A program made the position numbers and the translations under genes. Below are positions 33,732 to 44,254 of a stretch of 64,000 nucleotides of DNA, piece by piece; the first letter of the stretch is position 1, and every line of letters starts with the position of its first letter. Source of the DNA: Planctomycetota bacterium (GTDB lineage Bacteria > Planctomycetota > B15-G4 > SIAN01). The stretch is from NCBI GenBank assembly GCA_031409275.1, contig JANNXA010000055.1, positions 320,001 through 384,000 on the forward strand. Direction: 5' to 3'. Under the pieces are notes generated by a model. That model worked only from the letters and a program-made list of their open reading frames with translations. It was not told the DNA's origin and ran no database searches.

Positions 33732-34670
33732 ATGCGCTTTCGACGACTCGGCTGGAGCAGTTGCAAGGTCTCGACGGTCTCGCTCGGGAGCTGGCTCACC
33801 GTCGGCTGGACCATCGATCAGGCGACCACCAACGCCCTCGTGCGCACCGCCTTCGAAGGCGGCGTCAACTTCGTCGACACCGCCGACGTCTACGCACGCG
33901 GAGCCGCCGAGCTGGCGCTCGGTGAAGCGCTTGCACCGTTCAAGCGCTCCGACTACGTCCTGGCGACCAAGTGCTTCTGGCCGATGAGCGACGGCGTCAA
34001 CGACCGCGGCCTGTCGCGCAAGCACCTCTTCGAATCGGTGCATGCCTCGCTCCGACGGCTGCGGACCGACTACCTCGACTTGATGCAGTGCCACCGGTTC
34101 GATCCCGAGACCAGCGTCGACGAAGTGGTCGACGCGATGAGCGATCTGATCCGCGCCGGCAAGGTCCACTACTGGGGCGTGTCGGTGTGGAGCGGAGCGC
34201 AGATCGCGGACGCCGCGGCGCGCGCTGGCGCCCGCCACGGCTTCGCTCCGGTCACCAATCAGCCGCCCTACAACCTGCTCGAACGCGACATCGAGCAGGA
34301 GGTGATCCCGCGCAGCCGCGAGAACCGCGTATCGCAGATCGTCTTCAGTCCGCTGGCGCAGGGGCTGCTGACCGGCAAGTACGCCGGCGGCAAGCTGCCC
34401 GCTGATTCGCGCGCTGCGAACGACAAGAAGAACAGCTTCCTCAAGCCCAAGCTCACGGCCACCAACGTCGCCCGCGCGCAGAAGGTCGTCGACCTCGCGC
34501 GTGCCGCTGGCCTCTCGCCCGCCGCGGTCGCGCTGGCGTGGACGCTGCGCACACCCGACGTCGCTTCGGCGATCGTCGGCGCGTCGCGCCCCGAGCAGCT
34601 GAAGGAGAACCTCGCCGCCGCCGACCTCGACCTCCCGAGCGACCTCGTGAAGGCGCTCGACGCGGTGTAG
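33732..34670 (+). CDS. Aldo/keto reductase (Kv-beta/AKR6-like)
   Basis: SLGSW, DTADVY, ATK, GLSRKH, HRFD, NQPPYN, SPLAQGLLTGKY, QL.EN. Confidence 0.95.
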   Translation: MRFRRLGWSSCKVSTVSLGSWLTVGWTIDQATTNALVRTAFEGGVNFVDTADVYARGAAELALGEALAPFKRSDYVLATKCFWPMSDGVNDRGLSRKHLFESVHASLRRLRTDYLDLMQCHRFDPETSVDEVVDAMSDLIRAGKVHYWGVSVWSGAQIADAAARAGARHGFAPVTNQPPYNLLERDIEQEVIPRSRENRVSQIVFSPLAQGLLTGKYAGGKLPADSRAANDKKNSFLKPKLTATNVARAQKVVDLARAAGLSPAAVALAWTLRTPDVASAIVGASRPEQLKENLAAADLDLPSDLVKALDAV

Positions 34671-34696
34671 GTCGTGGTCGCTACGATCGGATCGTG

Positions 34697-35311
34697 ATGA
34701 ACCTTCGCGCGCTGCTCCTGCTCGTTTCGCTGTTCGCCGCGGCCGGCTGCCACGGCTACTACCCGCGCTGGCACTACGCGCCGGCGCACGAGGTGCACGT
34801 GCTGCACCTGCAAAGCGACGGCGATCCGACGGCGGTCGTGAGCGCGCGCATCGTCGGCGTACTGCGACCCGAGGAGTCGCAACCGCGGCGACTCCATGCC
34901 CGCCTCGAAGTCGAGAATCGCAGCGCGGAAGCGATCGCGCTCGACCCGTCGCGCGCGCAGTTGCGCGCCTCCGGCGGCCTGCCGTTGATCCCTTCGGAAA
35001 GCGCGACTCTGAACGTGCCCGCGCACGAGGCGCGTCGCCTCGACCTCCACTTCGCCCTTCCCGACGAACCGTCGCTGCTCGACTCCGCGCTCGACGAGGT
35101 GGAGCTCGCCTGGCCGCTCGAGGTGGGTGGCCGCGTCGTCACCACGCGGGCGCTGTTCCATCGCGCCAGCGTCTGGTCGTTCGATGAACACTACGGCTAC
35201 TCCGGTTACGACCCGTTCTGGAGCGTGCGCGGCGATTACCCCTACGGCTCGCGCTTCGATCCGTGGTGCACCGGACCCGCGTGGTACGGCTACGGGTGGC
35301 GCATTCGATGA
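34697..35311 (+). CDS. Hypothetical lipoprotein with aromatic (Y/W/G/P)-rich tail
   Basis: Lipobox AAAGC; stop overlaps the addB start (ATGA). Confidence 0.75.
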   Translation: MNLRALLLLVSLFAAAGCHGYYPRWHYAPAHEVHVLHLQSDGDPTAVVSARIVGVLRPEESQPRRLHARLEVENRSAEAIALDPSRAQLRASGGLPLIPSESATLNVPAHEARRLDLHFALPDEPSLLDSALDEVELAWPLEVGGRVVTTRALFHRASVWSFDEHYGYSGYDPFWSVRGDYPYGSRFDPWCTGPAWYGYGWRIR

Positions 35312-38181
35312 CGCCGGCCGCGGCGCTCGCGGTCGAGCACGACCCCGACCCGCGCCGGCTCGAAACGCGCCTGCTCGATCAACTCTTCGCCGCGCACGAC
35401 GCCGCCCGCGCCCACACCTACGGTCTCGCCGACCTCGTGGTCGTGGCGCCGACACGACGCCTGCTCGACCGGCTGCAAGAACAGGCTCTCGAGCGGCGCG
35501 CGGCGCTGGCCGGCATCGAGTTCGTGCTGCACGACGGCCTGGCCGCGCGCTTCCTGCGTGACGCCCGCCATCCGGCGCCGCGCGCCTTGCCTCCCGCCTG
35601 GCTCGCCACGCTCTTCGCGCCGCGCCTGCGCGCGGACGGCTCAACCCTCGAGCGCTACCTGCTGGCGCAACCCGCCGCGCAACGCGGGCTGCTGGCCACG
35701 TTTCGTGACCTTCGCGACAGCGGTCTCGACGCCGCCGCGACCCGGTCCGTGGGAGCGCGCGCGAGCGAAACGGGCCGCGCGACGCTGGAGCTCTTCGGAC
35801 GCTTCGAGGAGCTGCTCGCCGAGCTTGCGCCGATCGGCTTCGGTGACGGCGCGGCGCTTCCACGCGCCGCGCTCGCCACGACGACCCCGTTCGCGGCGCA
35901 CCATTGGTTCCACTACGGCGCCTACGAGTTGATCGGCACCCATCGCGCGTTGCTCGCGCGCGCCGCACGCGAGCGACCGGGCACGCTGTTCGTGCCCACC
36001 GAGCCGGGAGATCGCGCCGCGCGCGCCCTGCTCGAAGCGTGCGGCGCGACCTCGAGCGCGCGCGCTGCGACTTCGCCTGGCTCGACCGCCCCCGCCGCGC
36101 GCATGGTGCAACGGAGCATCCGCAGCGCCGCGACGCCGACCGATGAAGTGCGAGCCGCCGTTCGTCAACTCCTGGCATGGCATCAGCGAGATGGCGTCCC
36201 GTTCCGCGAGATGGCGCTCCTGGTGCGCGCGCCCGATCCCTACGGCGCGCTGGTGGCCGCGGAAGCGGCGCTGCACGACCTGCCGCTGGCCGCGACACCG
36301 CGCGCGTCGCTTGCGCAGCGGCCGGCGGCGCGCGAGCTGACCTGGCTGCTCCACCATCTGGCCCATCCAGAAGATGTGCTGCGCGCACGCACCGCGCGGC
36401 GCCACTGGCACTCCGATTGGCCACCAGCGGAGAGCCTGGCGCTCGAACTGGCGCGCGACGACGGACTCGCTGCACGACTGGCGCGCCTCGCCGCGCTGCT
36501 GCCCTCCGACCCGGAGGTCGTCGCGACGCTCACCGCGCAGGCCGCGCTCGCGACGGAGCTTGGCGGCGTGAAGAGCTTCGCCGCGGTGCTCGATCGCACC
36601 GAGCAGGCGGGGTTGCTCGCGCTGGCCGCGCTGGAGGAGGCGAGCGCCGCGGCGCCCGCCGCGGGCGCCGTGCAGCTGCTGGAGCTGCACCAGGCGCGCG
36701 CGTTGCCGCTGCGGCGCGCGTTGCTCTTGGGCGCGAACGAGACGCTGCTGCCGCGCCGCGGTGAGGAGGACTTCTTCCTGCCTGACGCCGATCGACGACT
36801 GCTGTCGGCGGCGACGGGAGCACCGCTCGCGCTGCACGACGACGCGCTCGCCGACGAACGGGTCCTGCTCGACCGAGCGCTCGCCGGCGTCGAGGAGCAG
36901 CTCGTGGTCAGCTACGCGCGCAGCAACGGCGACCGCGAACTCGCCCCCTCCCCGTGGCTCGCCCATCTCGCTGGCGTCGCGCCGCGCAAGGAGGCGCTGT
37001 CGCGCCACCCGCTGCGCCTGCTCGTCGATCTGCACGATCAGGTCGGCCTGCTGACCGAAACGGAGACGAGGCTCTGCTGGCTTGCCCCCCACTCGCAGGT
37101 CGTGGTTCGCGATCCAGCGTGGATCGACCAGGATCCGTTGACGCGCGCGTTCCTGCGACTGCGCGCCACCGAGAGCTACACGCCGGATGCGCTCGACTGG
37201 GATGGCGTGGTCGGACCGCTGCAGCCGCGCGAGAGCTACACGCCGAGCGAACTCGAGCAGCTCGGACGGTGCCCGCTTCAGTACTTCTTCGCGCGCGAAC
37301 TGCGCGTGCTGCCACCGGACGACGAACGCACGAGCGGCGAGCTTCCCGCCGCGCTGAAGGGGAGCCTCTTCCATCGCGCGCTCGAGCAGCTCTACGCCGC
37401 GCGCTTCACGGCTCGACTCGGCACCGCCGAGACGAGCGAGTCGCAGCTGCGAGCGGAGTTGACCGCACGTCTCTCCGCGCTGCTTCACGAGCCCGATTTC
37501 GCCGGTCGCCTCTCCGCGACGCTCGCCCCATTGCGGCTGGCGACCTACAGCGCGACGCTCGCCGCGTTCGCGTTCCGTGACCTCGCACGGCTGCGCGAGC
37601 TGCGCATCGTCGACGGTGAGTTCGAACGCGCCGAGCAGCGGGTGGACGTCGGAGCGGACGACTGGCCGATCCTCCTGCGCATGCGCCTCGATCGCCTGCT
37701 CGTCGACGCGGATGGCGGAGAATGGGTCGGCGACTACAAGTCGGGCGGCAACCTGAAGAGCAAGGCGAGCGTGACGCAAGCGCTGCGCGGTCGCGAGCTG
37801 CAGTTGGCGCTCTACGGCATGTCGCGGCTCGCCCAAGGCAAGCCGCTCAAGGGGCTCGAGCTCTACTCGCTCGCCGCCGCCGAAGAGGACGACGAAGCCG
37901 ATGCGGCGGAGAGCTACTGGCTCGGAGCGGATCTCGAAAAGCTGCGCGCGGCGCTGCCCGACCTGCGCGACACGCTCGAACAGCTGATGGAACTGCGCGA
38001 CCACGGCCGCTTCGTGCTGGAGCCCGACAGCAGCGGCGACCACTCCGCCTGCGGTCGCTGCGCTTACCGCTTTGCGTGCCGCCACTCCCACGGCGCCACG
38101 CGTGCGCGCGCCGAGCTCGCGCCCGAGTTCGCCACGTATCAGGCACTCGCCCGCAAGGGCGCACGCAAGGCGACGCCATGA
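35308..38181 (+). CDS. addB: AddB/RexB-like inactive helicase + PD-(D/E)XK nuclease
   Basis: E..L...A..L.VSY; TPSELE..RCP; GSLFH; RLDRL, GDYKS, QL.LY; CxxCxxxxxC Fe-S cysteines. Confidence 0.8.
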   Translation: MTPAAALAVEHDPDPRRLETRLLDQLFAAHDAARAHTYGLADLVVVAPTRRLLDRLQEQALERRAALAGIEFVLHDGLAARFLRDARHPAPRALPPAWLATLFAPRLRADGSTLERYLLAQPAAQRGLLATFRDLRDSGLDAAATRSVGARASETGRATLELFGRFEELLAELAPIGFGDGAALPRAALATTTPFAAHHWFHYGAYELIGTHRALLARAARERPGTLFVPTEPGDRAARALLEACGATSSARAATSPGSTAPAARMVQRSIRSAATPTDEVRAAVRQLLAWHQRDGVPFREMALLVRAPDPYGALVAAEAALHDLPLAATPRASLAQRPAARELTWLLHHLAHPEDVLRARTARRHWHSDWPPAESLALELARDDGLAARLARLAALLPSDPEVVATLTAQAALATELGGVKSFAAVLDRTEQAGLLALAALEEASAAAPAAGAVQLLELHQARALPLRRALLLGANETLLPRRGEEDFFLPDADRRLLSAATGAPLALHDDALADERVLLDRALAGVEEQLVVSYARSNGDRELAPSPWLAHLAGVAPRKEALSRHPLRLLVDLHDQVGLLTETETRLCWLAPHSQVVVRDPAWIDQDPLTRAFLRLRATESYTPDALDWDGVVGPLQPRESYTPSELEQLGRCPLQYFFARELRVLPPDDERTSGELPAALKGSLFHRALEQLYAARFTARLGTAETSESQLRAELTARLSALLHEPDFAGRLSATLAPLRLATYSATLAAFAFRDLARLRELRIVDGEFERAEQRVDVGADDWPILLRMRLDRLLVDADGGEWVGDYKSGGNLKSKASVTQALRGRELQLALYGMSRLAQGKPLKGLELYSLAAAEEDDEADAAESYWLGADLEKLRAALPDLRDTLEQLMELRDHGRFVLEPDSSGDHSACGRCAYRFACRHSHGATRARAELAPEFATYQALARKGARKATP

Positions 38182-41100
38182 GCGCCGACCTCCCGCCCGA
38201 TGCCGCGGCCCGCGAGGCGGCCGTGACCGACTTCGCGCACAACCTCTGCGTCGCGGCGGGCGCCGGCGCGGGCAAGACGAGCCTGCTGGTCGAACGGCTG
38301 CTCCACGCGCTGCTGGTGGTCGGCCTGCCGATGCAGCGACTGGCCGCGATCACCTTCACCGACAAGGCGGCCGCAGAGATGCGGGCGCGCCTCGCGCAAG
38401 CGTTGCAGGCCGCGATCGCGGCGCTCGAGCCCGGGGGAACGAGCAGCGACGCGGCCCGTCGCTGCGCACCAGCGGCCGACGTCGCTCGTCGCGTGCTCGA
38501 GCGAGCGGCGCGACTCGGCACGGTCGACGCGGCGACGATGCTGCGGCGCGCCCGCATCGCCGAAGAGGCCCCGGCCCGCGTCGCCACCATCCACTCCTTC
38601 GCCTTGGCGTTGCTGCACCGCCATCCAATCGAGGCGGGGGTCCCGGCCGGCGTCGCCATGGACCTCGGCGATGGCTGGCGACGCCACGTGCGCGCGCAGC
38701 TGCCGGCGGCGATCGCAGCCGCGCTGGCGGCGGAAACGAAAGCGACCGCGCTGCGCGGCGCGCTGGCGGAACTCGAAGTCGATCAGCTCGGCGCCCTCGT
38801 GACCGCGCTCGCGTGGCTGCCCGGCGCAGGCGCTCCCGTACCGGCGCGCACCATCGTCGCGCCGCTGCTGCTGCCGCTGTTGCCGGCACTCGCGACCGGA
38901 CGCGCCGCACTGCCGCCACCGACTCACACCACGCGCAAGCTCTACGAACAATGGGATCTGGTGCTCGATGCCCTGCACGCGCTCGATCGGTTGCCCGTCG
39001 ACGCGGCGCCCGCGAGTGTCGTGACGCCGGCGCTGCGAACCGCGCTCGCCAAGGAGATCTCCAAGGCGAAGGTCGTCAGCGCCGCGGTCGATGTCGACGC
39101 CTGTCGCGCGCTGCTCGCGAAGGCGTACGCCGGATTCGATCGGCTGCTGCAGGTCGATGACGCGGGGATCGAGCTCGTGTTGGCGGCGGCGCTGCCGATC
39201 GCGAAGGCGCTGAAGGATGACTTTTTGCGCGGCGGTCGCATCTCCGCCGATGGCACGCTGGCTCTGGCCGCGCAACTGCTCGCGCAACGACCCGCCGTGC
39301 GACGAGCCGAGGCGGCGACGATCGACCTGCTCTGCGTGGATGAGTTCCAGGACACCGACGCGCTCCAGTGCGAGCTCGTGCTTCGCCTCTGCGAGCTCGA
39401 GCCTGCCGCCGGCGCACCCGCCGGCGCACGCGGCGCGCTCGCGACCGGCCGCTTGTTCCTGGTGGGCGATCCGAAGCAGTCGATCTATCGCTTCCGCGGC
39501 GCCGACCTCGACATCTATCGCCAGACGATCGACCGCGTGCTGCGCGAAGGCGGCCGCGCGCTCTCGCTGTCGAACTGCTTCCGCAGCCCGCGCGCGCTCG
39601 TCGATCCGGTGAACCACTTCTTCGCCGCATGGAGCGACCCGACCAACGATGCCGAGCCGACCTTCGAGCCGTTGCACGCGGGGCGCGGCGACGAGCCAGG
39701 CCAGGTCGAGCTGTGGCAGGTCGTGCGCCCCGATCCGCGCAACGATGCGACCGCACGCGCCGAGGCCGAGGGGCGCGCGATCGCCGCCGACCTCGCCGCG
39801 CGCCGCGGCGATCTGCGCCGACTGCAGGACGTCGCCATCCTGTTGCGCGACCTCTCCGACCTCCATTGGTTCGCCGGGCCGCTGCGCGACCACGGCATTC
39901 CCTACGCCATCAGCGGCGGACGCACGTTCGCGCGCCGCAGCGAAGTCGGCGAACTCGCCTCGCTGCTGCTCGCCGCGGCTGATCCCGAGGACGAGGTCGC
40001 GGCGCTCGGCGCTCTGCGTTCGGGACTCGGCGGCCTCACCGACGCCGAGCTGCTGGCGACCAAGCGTTGGCGCGGAACGCTGTGCTGGCCGAAGCTCCTC
40101 GACCATCCGGTGCCGGCGGCACAGCGCGTCGCGCGCGTGCTGGCGACGCTGCACGAAGAGCTCGCGACGCGGCCGCTGCGCGCCGCGGTGACCCGCTTCG
40201 TCGACGGCTCGTGGCTGCTGCCCCTCGCCGCGCTGGCGCGCGACGGCGAACAGCGACTCGCCAATCTGCACAAGCTCGCCGAGCGTGTCATCGAACGCGC
40301 GGAGGAGCACCGGCTGCCGCTCGCCGAGGCGGTGCGCGAAGTGATCGGCGCCGACGACGAGATCGAGGGCGAAAGCGAGCGATCGCTGGCCGACGACGAG
40401 CTCGACGCCGTGCGCCTGCTCACGATCCACAAGGCGAAGGGGCTCGAGTTCGAGCATGTCTATGTCCCTGACCTCGGCCATCAACTGCGCTCCGGCCAGG
40501 CGCGGCCGTGGTCGGCATCGCTGGTGACGACGCCGCACGGCACGCAGCACGCGGTCTCCTTGCGGCCACTTCGACGCTGCAATTCGGCGCAGCTCCTGCG
40601 CGAGGCGCGCGACGAGGCGCATCGCCAGGCGGAGAACAAGCGCCTGCTCTATGTCGCGATGACGCGCGCGCGAACGCGGCTCGTGCTGGTGGCGGGGCCC
40701 GGCCCGGCCGCAGCACCGGCGAACACCTGGCTCGCGCCGCTGTTGCGCTCGTTGCCGGCGAACGTCGCGCCGCGCAGCGTCCCGATGCCGCCGCGCCCCG
40801 CGCCGACCCAACACGCGCAGCTCCTGCCGGTGGAGCAGATCGCCCGCGCGCGCCACGCCTTCGATTCGGCACGAGCCGCGGCGCAAGCCGTGTTGCCGAC
40901 CTTCGTCTCCCCCTCGCATCACGAGCCGCAACTCGAGAGCTCCGCCGCGACGCCTCGCGATGAGACGCTGGCCGCCGATCCCGAGGCGCTGTCGCTCGGC
41001 ACGTTGCTGCACGCGGCGCTGGCGCAAAGCGGCCCGCGCCGCGCGCCGACCGCGGCCGAGCTGGCGTTCGCGGCCGCCGCCCTGCCGATGCCGCCGATCG

Positions 41101-41447
41101 TGCGAGCGCGCATCGTCGCCGCTGCCAGCGCCCTGCTCAGCGCGCCGCCGGCGCGGCAACTCTTCGCGGAACTCGCTGCGGTCGAGACCGTCGCGGTCGA
41201 ACTGCCTTTGCTGCTGCGCCGCGGCGACCAGCGCTTTCGCGGGGCGGCCGATCTCGTCTTCATGGAGTCGGGTGCGCTGGTCGTCGCCGACTGGAAGAGC
41301 GATCGGAGCGACGACTTCGAGGCGCTCGCTTCGCGCTACCGGCCGCAACTCGAGGTCTACCGCGAGGCGCTCGCGGCCGCGCTGCAGCGACCGGTGCCAC
41401 GCGTCGAGCTGCTGCTGCTGCGCCACGGCCGTCGCCTGCCGTTGTAG
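38178..41447 (+). CDS. addA: AddA/RexA UvrD-family helicase-nuclease
   Basis: AGAGAGKT, ITFT.KAA.EM, TIHSF, VDEFQDT, VGDPKQSIYRFRGAD, TIHKAKGLEF, YVAMTRA; C-terminal GAADL..DWKS..QL.VY. Confidence 0.92.
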   Translation: MSADLPPDAAAREAAVTDFAHNLCVAAGAGAGKTSLLVERLLHALLVVGLPMQRLAAITFTDKAAAEMRARLAQALQAAIAALEPGGTSSDAARRCAPAADVARRVLERAARLGTVDAATMLRRARIAEEAPARVATIHSFALALLHRHPIEAGVPAGVAMDLGDGWRRHVRAQLPAAIAAALAAETKATALRGALAELEVDQLGALVTALAWLPGAGAPVPARTIVAPLLLPLLPALATGRAALPPPTHTTRKLYEQWDLVLDALHALDRLPVDAAPASVVTPALRTALAKEISKAKVVSAAVDVDACRALLAKAYAGFDRLLQVDDAGIELVLAAALPIAKALKDDFLRGGRISADGTLALAAQLLAQRPAVRRAEAATIDLLCVDEFQDTDALQCELVLRLCELEPAAGAPAGARGALATGRLFLVGDPKQSIYRFRGADLDIYRQTIDRVLREGGRALSLSNCFRSPRALVDPVNHFFAAWSDPTNDAEPTFEPLHAGRGDEPGQVELWQVVRPDPRNDATARAEAEGRAIAADLAARRGDLRRLQDVAILLRDLSDLHWFAGPLRDHGIPYAISGGRTFARRSEVGELASLLLAAADPEDEVAALGALRSGLGGLTDAELLATKRWRGTLCWPKLLDHPVPAAQRVARVLATLHEELATRPLRAAVTRFVDGSWLLPLAALARDGEQRLANLHKLAERVIERAEEHRLPLAEAVREVIGADDEIEGESERSLADDELDAVRLLTIHKAKGLEFEHVYVPDLGHQLRSGQARPWSASLVTTPHGTQHAVSLRPLRRCNSAQLLREARDEAHRQAENKRLLYVAMTRARTRLVLVAGPGPAAAPANTWLAPLLRSLPANVAPRSVPMPPRPAPTQHAQLLPVEQIARARHAFDSARAAAQAVLPTFVSPSHHEPQLESSAATPRDETLAADPEALSLGTLLHAALAQSGPRRAPTAAELAFAAAALPMPPIVRARIVAAASALLSAPPARQLFAELAAVETVAVELPLLLRRGDQRFRGAADLVFMESGALVVADWKSDRSDDFEALASRYRPQLEVYREALAAALQRPVPRVELLLLRHGRRLPL

Positions 41448-41508
41448 ACCCCGGGGGAAAGTCGCGCCGCCGTTTCGGCCACGATGCCCCGCTACACTCC
41501 GCGGCCCC

Positions 41509-42306
41509 ATGAACAGCACTCCCTTTCAGCCCGGACTCGGCCGGTTCGAATGGCTCGGGCCGCCGCGCACGCGGCTGGCACTGCTGATCGTCGCGCCGCA
41601 TCCCGACGACGAAGTGATCGGTCCCGGCGGACGCGCCTGCTTGGAGGCGGCGGAAGGGGTCGGGGCGATCGTCGTCACCGACGGCGCCCGCGGCGCAGGT
41701 GGCCGCAGCGAGCCGGGACTCGCGGCGCGCCGTGAAGCGGAAGCGATCGCCGGATTGCGTGCCGTCAACGCCAGCTTCGCGTGGTTGCTGCGCCTGCCGA
41801 GCGCGACGCTGCAAGCCGCGCCGGGTGCGGCCGCCGCGGACGCCATCGCCGCCGCCATCGCCCACTTCGCGCCACGCGCCGTGGTCACCACCTCCCCTTA
41901 CGAACGCCATCCGACCCATCTCGCGACGACCCGTGCGACGCTGCTGGCCGCGCGCCGCTCGACGCCACCACCCCACGTCGAAGGCTTCCCCGTGTGGGAC
42001 CCGGTGCCCGGCCATGCCGGCGTACGCGAAGTCGACGTGAGTCGTGTGCTCGACGCCAAGCTCGCGGCCATTCGCTGCCACGCGAGCCAGTGCGCCGATC
42101 GGCCGTTCGCCGAAGCGTCGCGGGCTCAGATGGAACGCGACGGAACGCTCTCCGAACTCACCGGCAGCGGTGGTACTCGCTTCGTCGAGCGCTATCTCGA
42201 CCTCGACGAATTGGTGGCGCGCGACGCGCCGAGCCTGCGCGCCTGGTTGACCCGCCGCTTCGAGGCCGACCTCGACTTGCGCCTCGGCGCCGGTCGCACC
42301 GACTGA
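41509..42306 (+). CDS. PIG-L/LmbE family N-deacetylase
   Basis: APHPDDE, TDG, RRE.EA, HPTH, K..AI.CH.SQ. Confidence 0.88.
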   Translation: MNSTPFQPGLGRFEWLGPPRTRLALLIVAPHPDDEVIGPGGRACLEAAEGVGAIVVTDGARGAGGRSEPGLAARREAEAIAGLRAVNASFAWLLRLPSATLQAAPGAAAADAIAAAIAHFAPRAVVTTSPYERHPTHLATTRATLLAARRSTPPPHVEGFPVWDPVPGHAGVREVDVSRVLDAKLAAIRCHASQCADRPFAEASRAQMERDGTLSELTGSGGTRFVERYLDLDELVARDAPSLRAWLTRRFEADLDLRLGAGRTD

Positions 42307-42314
42307 GGATCGCC

Positions 42315-43367
42315 GTGAACGCTCCCGCCACGCTCCACACGCGCATCGTCGATGCCATGCCGTCGGCGCTCATCCGGCTCTTCGCGCGACCCTACGTCGC
42401 AGGCGACAGCCTCGCCGCTGGAATCGCGGTCGCGCAGCGGCTGCTGCGCAACGCCGGGCTGGTGACGACGCTCGACCTGCTGGCCGAAGAGGTGAGCAGC
42501 GAGGAGCGAGTTCGCGCCAATCGAGCGACCTACCTCGAGATGGTGCGCGCGGTGGCCGGCGAGCAGGCGTTTCGCGCGCCGCGCGATCGGCCGAGCCTGT
42601 CGGTGAAGCTCTCGTCGTTCACGACGGCGCCACTCGACAAAGGCGGTGATGGCCGCGGCTGCCAGGAAGCGATCGAGGAGATCGCAGCGGAAGCGAAGCG
42701 GCTCGGCGTGCCGCTGACCATCGACATGGAAGATCGCCACTGGACCGATTTCACTCTGACGACGGCGATCGGCCTCGCGCGACGCGGCTTCGACGTTGGC
42801 ACGGTCTTGCAGACGCGACTGCATCGCACCGAATCGGACCTCGCCGCCATCCCGGAAGGGATGCGCGTGCGCATGGTGATCGGCATCTACCTCGAGCCGC
42901 CCGACGTCGCGCTGACCGAGAAGCCGGCGATGAAGGAGCGACTGCTCGCGCAGTCCGCGCGCCTGCTCGATCGCGGCGTCTATGTCGAACTCGCCAGCCA
43001 CGACGAAGTGATCACTCGCCGCTTCCTGCGCGACGTGATCGGGCCGCGAAGGCTCGGCGGCGAACGCTACGAAGTGCAGATGCTCTACGGCGTGCCGCGC
43101 GCCCAGTTGCTGAGCGAGATCCTGGCCGGGAAACTGACGCCGGTCGATCGCAGCCCGCCGCTCTGCCGCCTCTACGTGCCGTTCGCAACGGCCTGGGATC
43201 AGGCCACCGCCTACTGCCGGCGCCGCCTGCGCAACAACCCCAACATGGCGACTTATGTTGCTTTGAACCTCCTGCAGAGCCTGCGCGGTCGGAATGCCGG
43301 GATCTCGCAGTACGAGACGGCGGTGGCGCACCTGCGGCGAAACGACCCCGATCCGCGAACGCATTGA
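42315..43367 (+). CDS. Monofunctional proline dehydrogenase
   Basis: ARPYVAG, TLDLLAE, SVKLS, IDMED, VLQTRL.RT, ASHD, QMLYGV, YVPF..Y..RRL. Confidence 0.88.
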   Translation: MNAPATLHTRIVDAMPSALIRLFARPYVAGDSLAAGIAVAQRLLRNAGLVTTLDLLAEEVSSEERVRANRATYLEMVRAVAGEQAFRAPRDRPSLSVKLSSFTTAPLDKGGDGRGCQEAIEEIAAEAKRLGVPLTIDMEDRHWTDFTLTTAIGLARRGFDVGTVLQTRLHRTESDLAAIPEGMRVRMVIGIYLEPPDVALTEKPAMKERLLAQSARLLDRGVYVELASHDEVITRRFLRDVIGPRRLGGERYEVQMLYGVPRAQLLSEILAGKLTPVDRSPPLCRLYVPFATAWDQATAYCRRRLRNNPNMATYVALNLLQSLRGRNAGISQYETAVAHLRRNDPDPRTH

Positions 43368-43391
43368 CACTTCGACGCCCGCCGTTAGCGT
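43364..43391 (+). promoter_or_regulatory. Putative sigma70 promoter TTGACA-N16-TAGCGT
   Basis: Perfect -35 hexamer overlapping the ProDH stop codon, followed by a comparatively AT-rich leader. Confidence 0.5.
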
Positions 43392-43610
43392 GCGCGCCAC
43401 TGTTCTGAGCGGCATCCGCCTATTCATCTGCCATTGTCGAGACGCTGCTCGAACTTGATTCACCCCGTACCCGGGATGCGCCGGTCACGGTGAATCACCG
43501 TTTCTTCTCGAATCCGCCCAGCGGGGTCGTGCACTGCGCGTCCTGCCGATCACGGCAGAAGCTCCGCAGAGCATCGGGGCGGTCTTTGCATTCGATGGGA
43601 GTTGCTGGTG

Positions 43611-44246
43611 ATGATGGACGAGGTCGAGTTCGTGACGACCGCCCCCGCGGTCGTCGACGCGTCCGTTGCTGCTGGGCGCAGCAAGTGGAGTCCGGCGGAG
43701 TTGGCGGCGACCCTGGTCGATGCGTCGACTCACGTGCGCTTCTTGCTGAAGGAACTGGTCGGCGGTGGCGATGTCGCGACCCACGAATTGAAGAGTCGAC
43801 CGGTGGCCTACGCGCAGGTGCAGCGCATCTGCAGTTCCCGCTTGAAGGAACCGCTGGTGCTGGCGACGCTGCGCGGCGTCACCAAGTGCTACCGCCTCCA
43901 TCCCGACTACGCCGCCACGGTGGCGGACCTCGTCGCTGACGCCTCCGCGCCGCCGCCGAGCGTCCCCAAGCCCCCAGGGGAACGCAAGCCGCGCCAGATG
44001 CGGCGAGCGCAGCAGGGATCGGCACTCGATGGGATCGCCGATTCGCGCGGCAGCTCTTTGGCCATCGCCGGTGCCGCGCCGATCCGTCGCGTCACCCAGG
44101 GACAGTCGGGACGCATGCTGACCATTCCCGCCGAGATCTCGATCGACTTCTGCAAGGCGCTGCTCGGCTTCGTCAACGCGACCGCCAACGGCACGCGCTA
44201 CCGAATCATCATGGAAGACGACGGCTACCGCCTCGAAGCGTGCTGA
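43611..44246 (+). CDS. Hypothetical protein (possible winged-helix-like DNA-binding protein)
   Basis: GGGAG RBS, normal codon usage, basic helical N-domain ending in a short beta-hairpin-like segment (VTKCYRL); no family recognised. Confidence 0.6.
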   Translation: MMDEVEFVTTAPAVVDASVAAGRSKWSPAELAATLVDASTHVRFLLKELVGGGDVATHELKSRPVAYAQVQRICSSRLKEPLVLATLRGVTKCYRLHPDYAATVADLVADASAPPPSVPKPPGERKPRQMRRAQQGSALDGIADSRGSSLAIAGAAPIRRVTQGQSGRMLTIPAEISIDFCKALLGFVNATANGTRYRIIMEDDGYRLEAC

Positions 44247-44254
44247 ACGTCTTC

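Noticed and set aside
35308..41447. Helicase-nuclease pair as an anti-phage system, or AddB as Cas4
   Set aside because: Order and motifs match housekeeping AddAB; there is no defence-island context.
38139..41519. 1126-aa antisense ORF over addA, and similar ones over the paralogs (24769-27381), anti-sigma (29835-32552) and protease (11752-13881)
   Set aside because: They mirror the codon frame of well-supported genes and have no independent domain signal.
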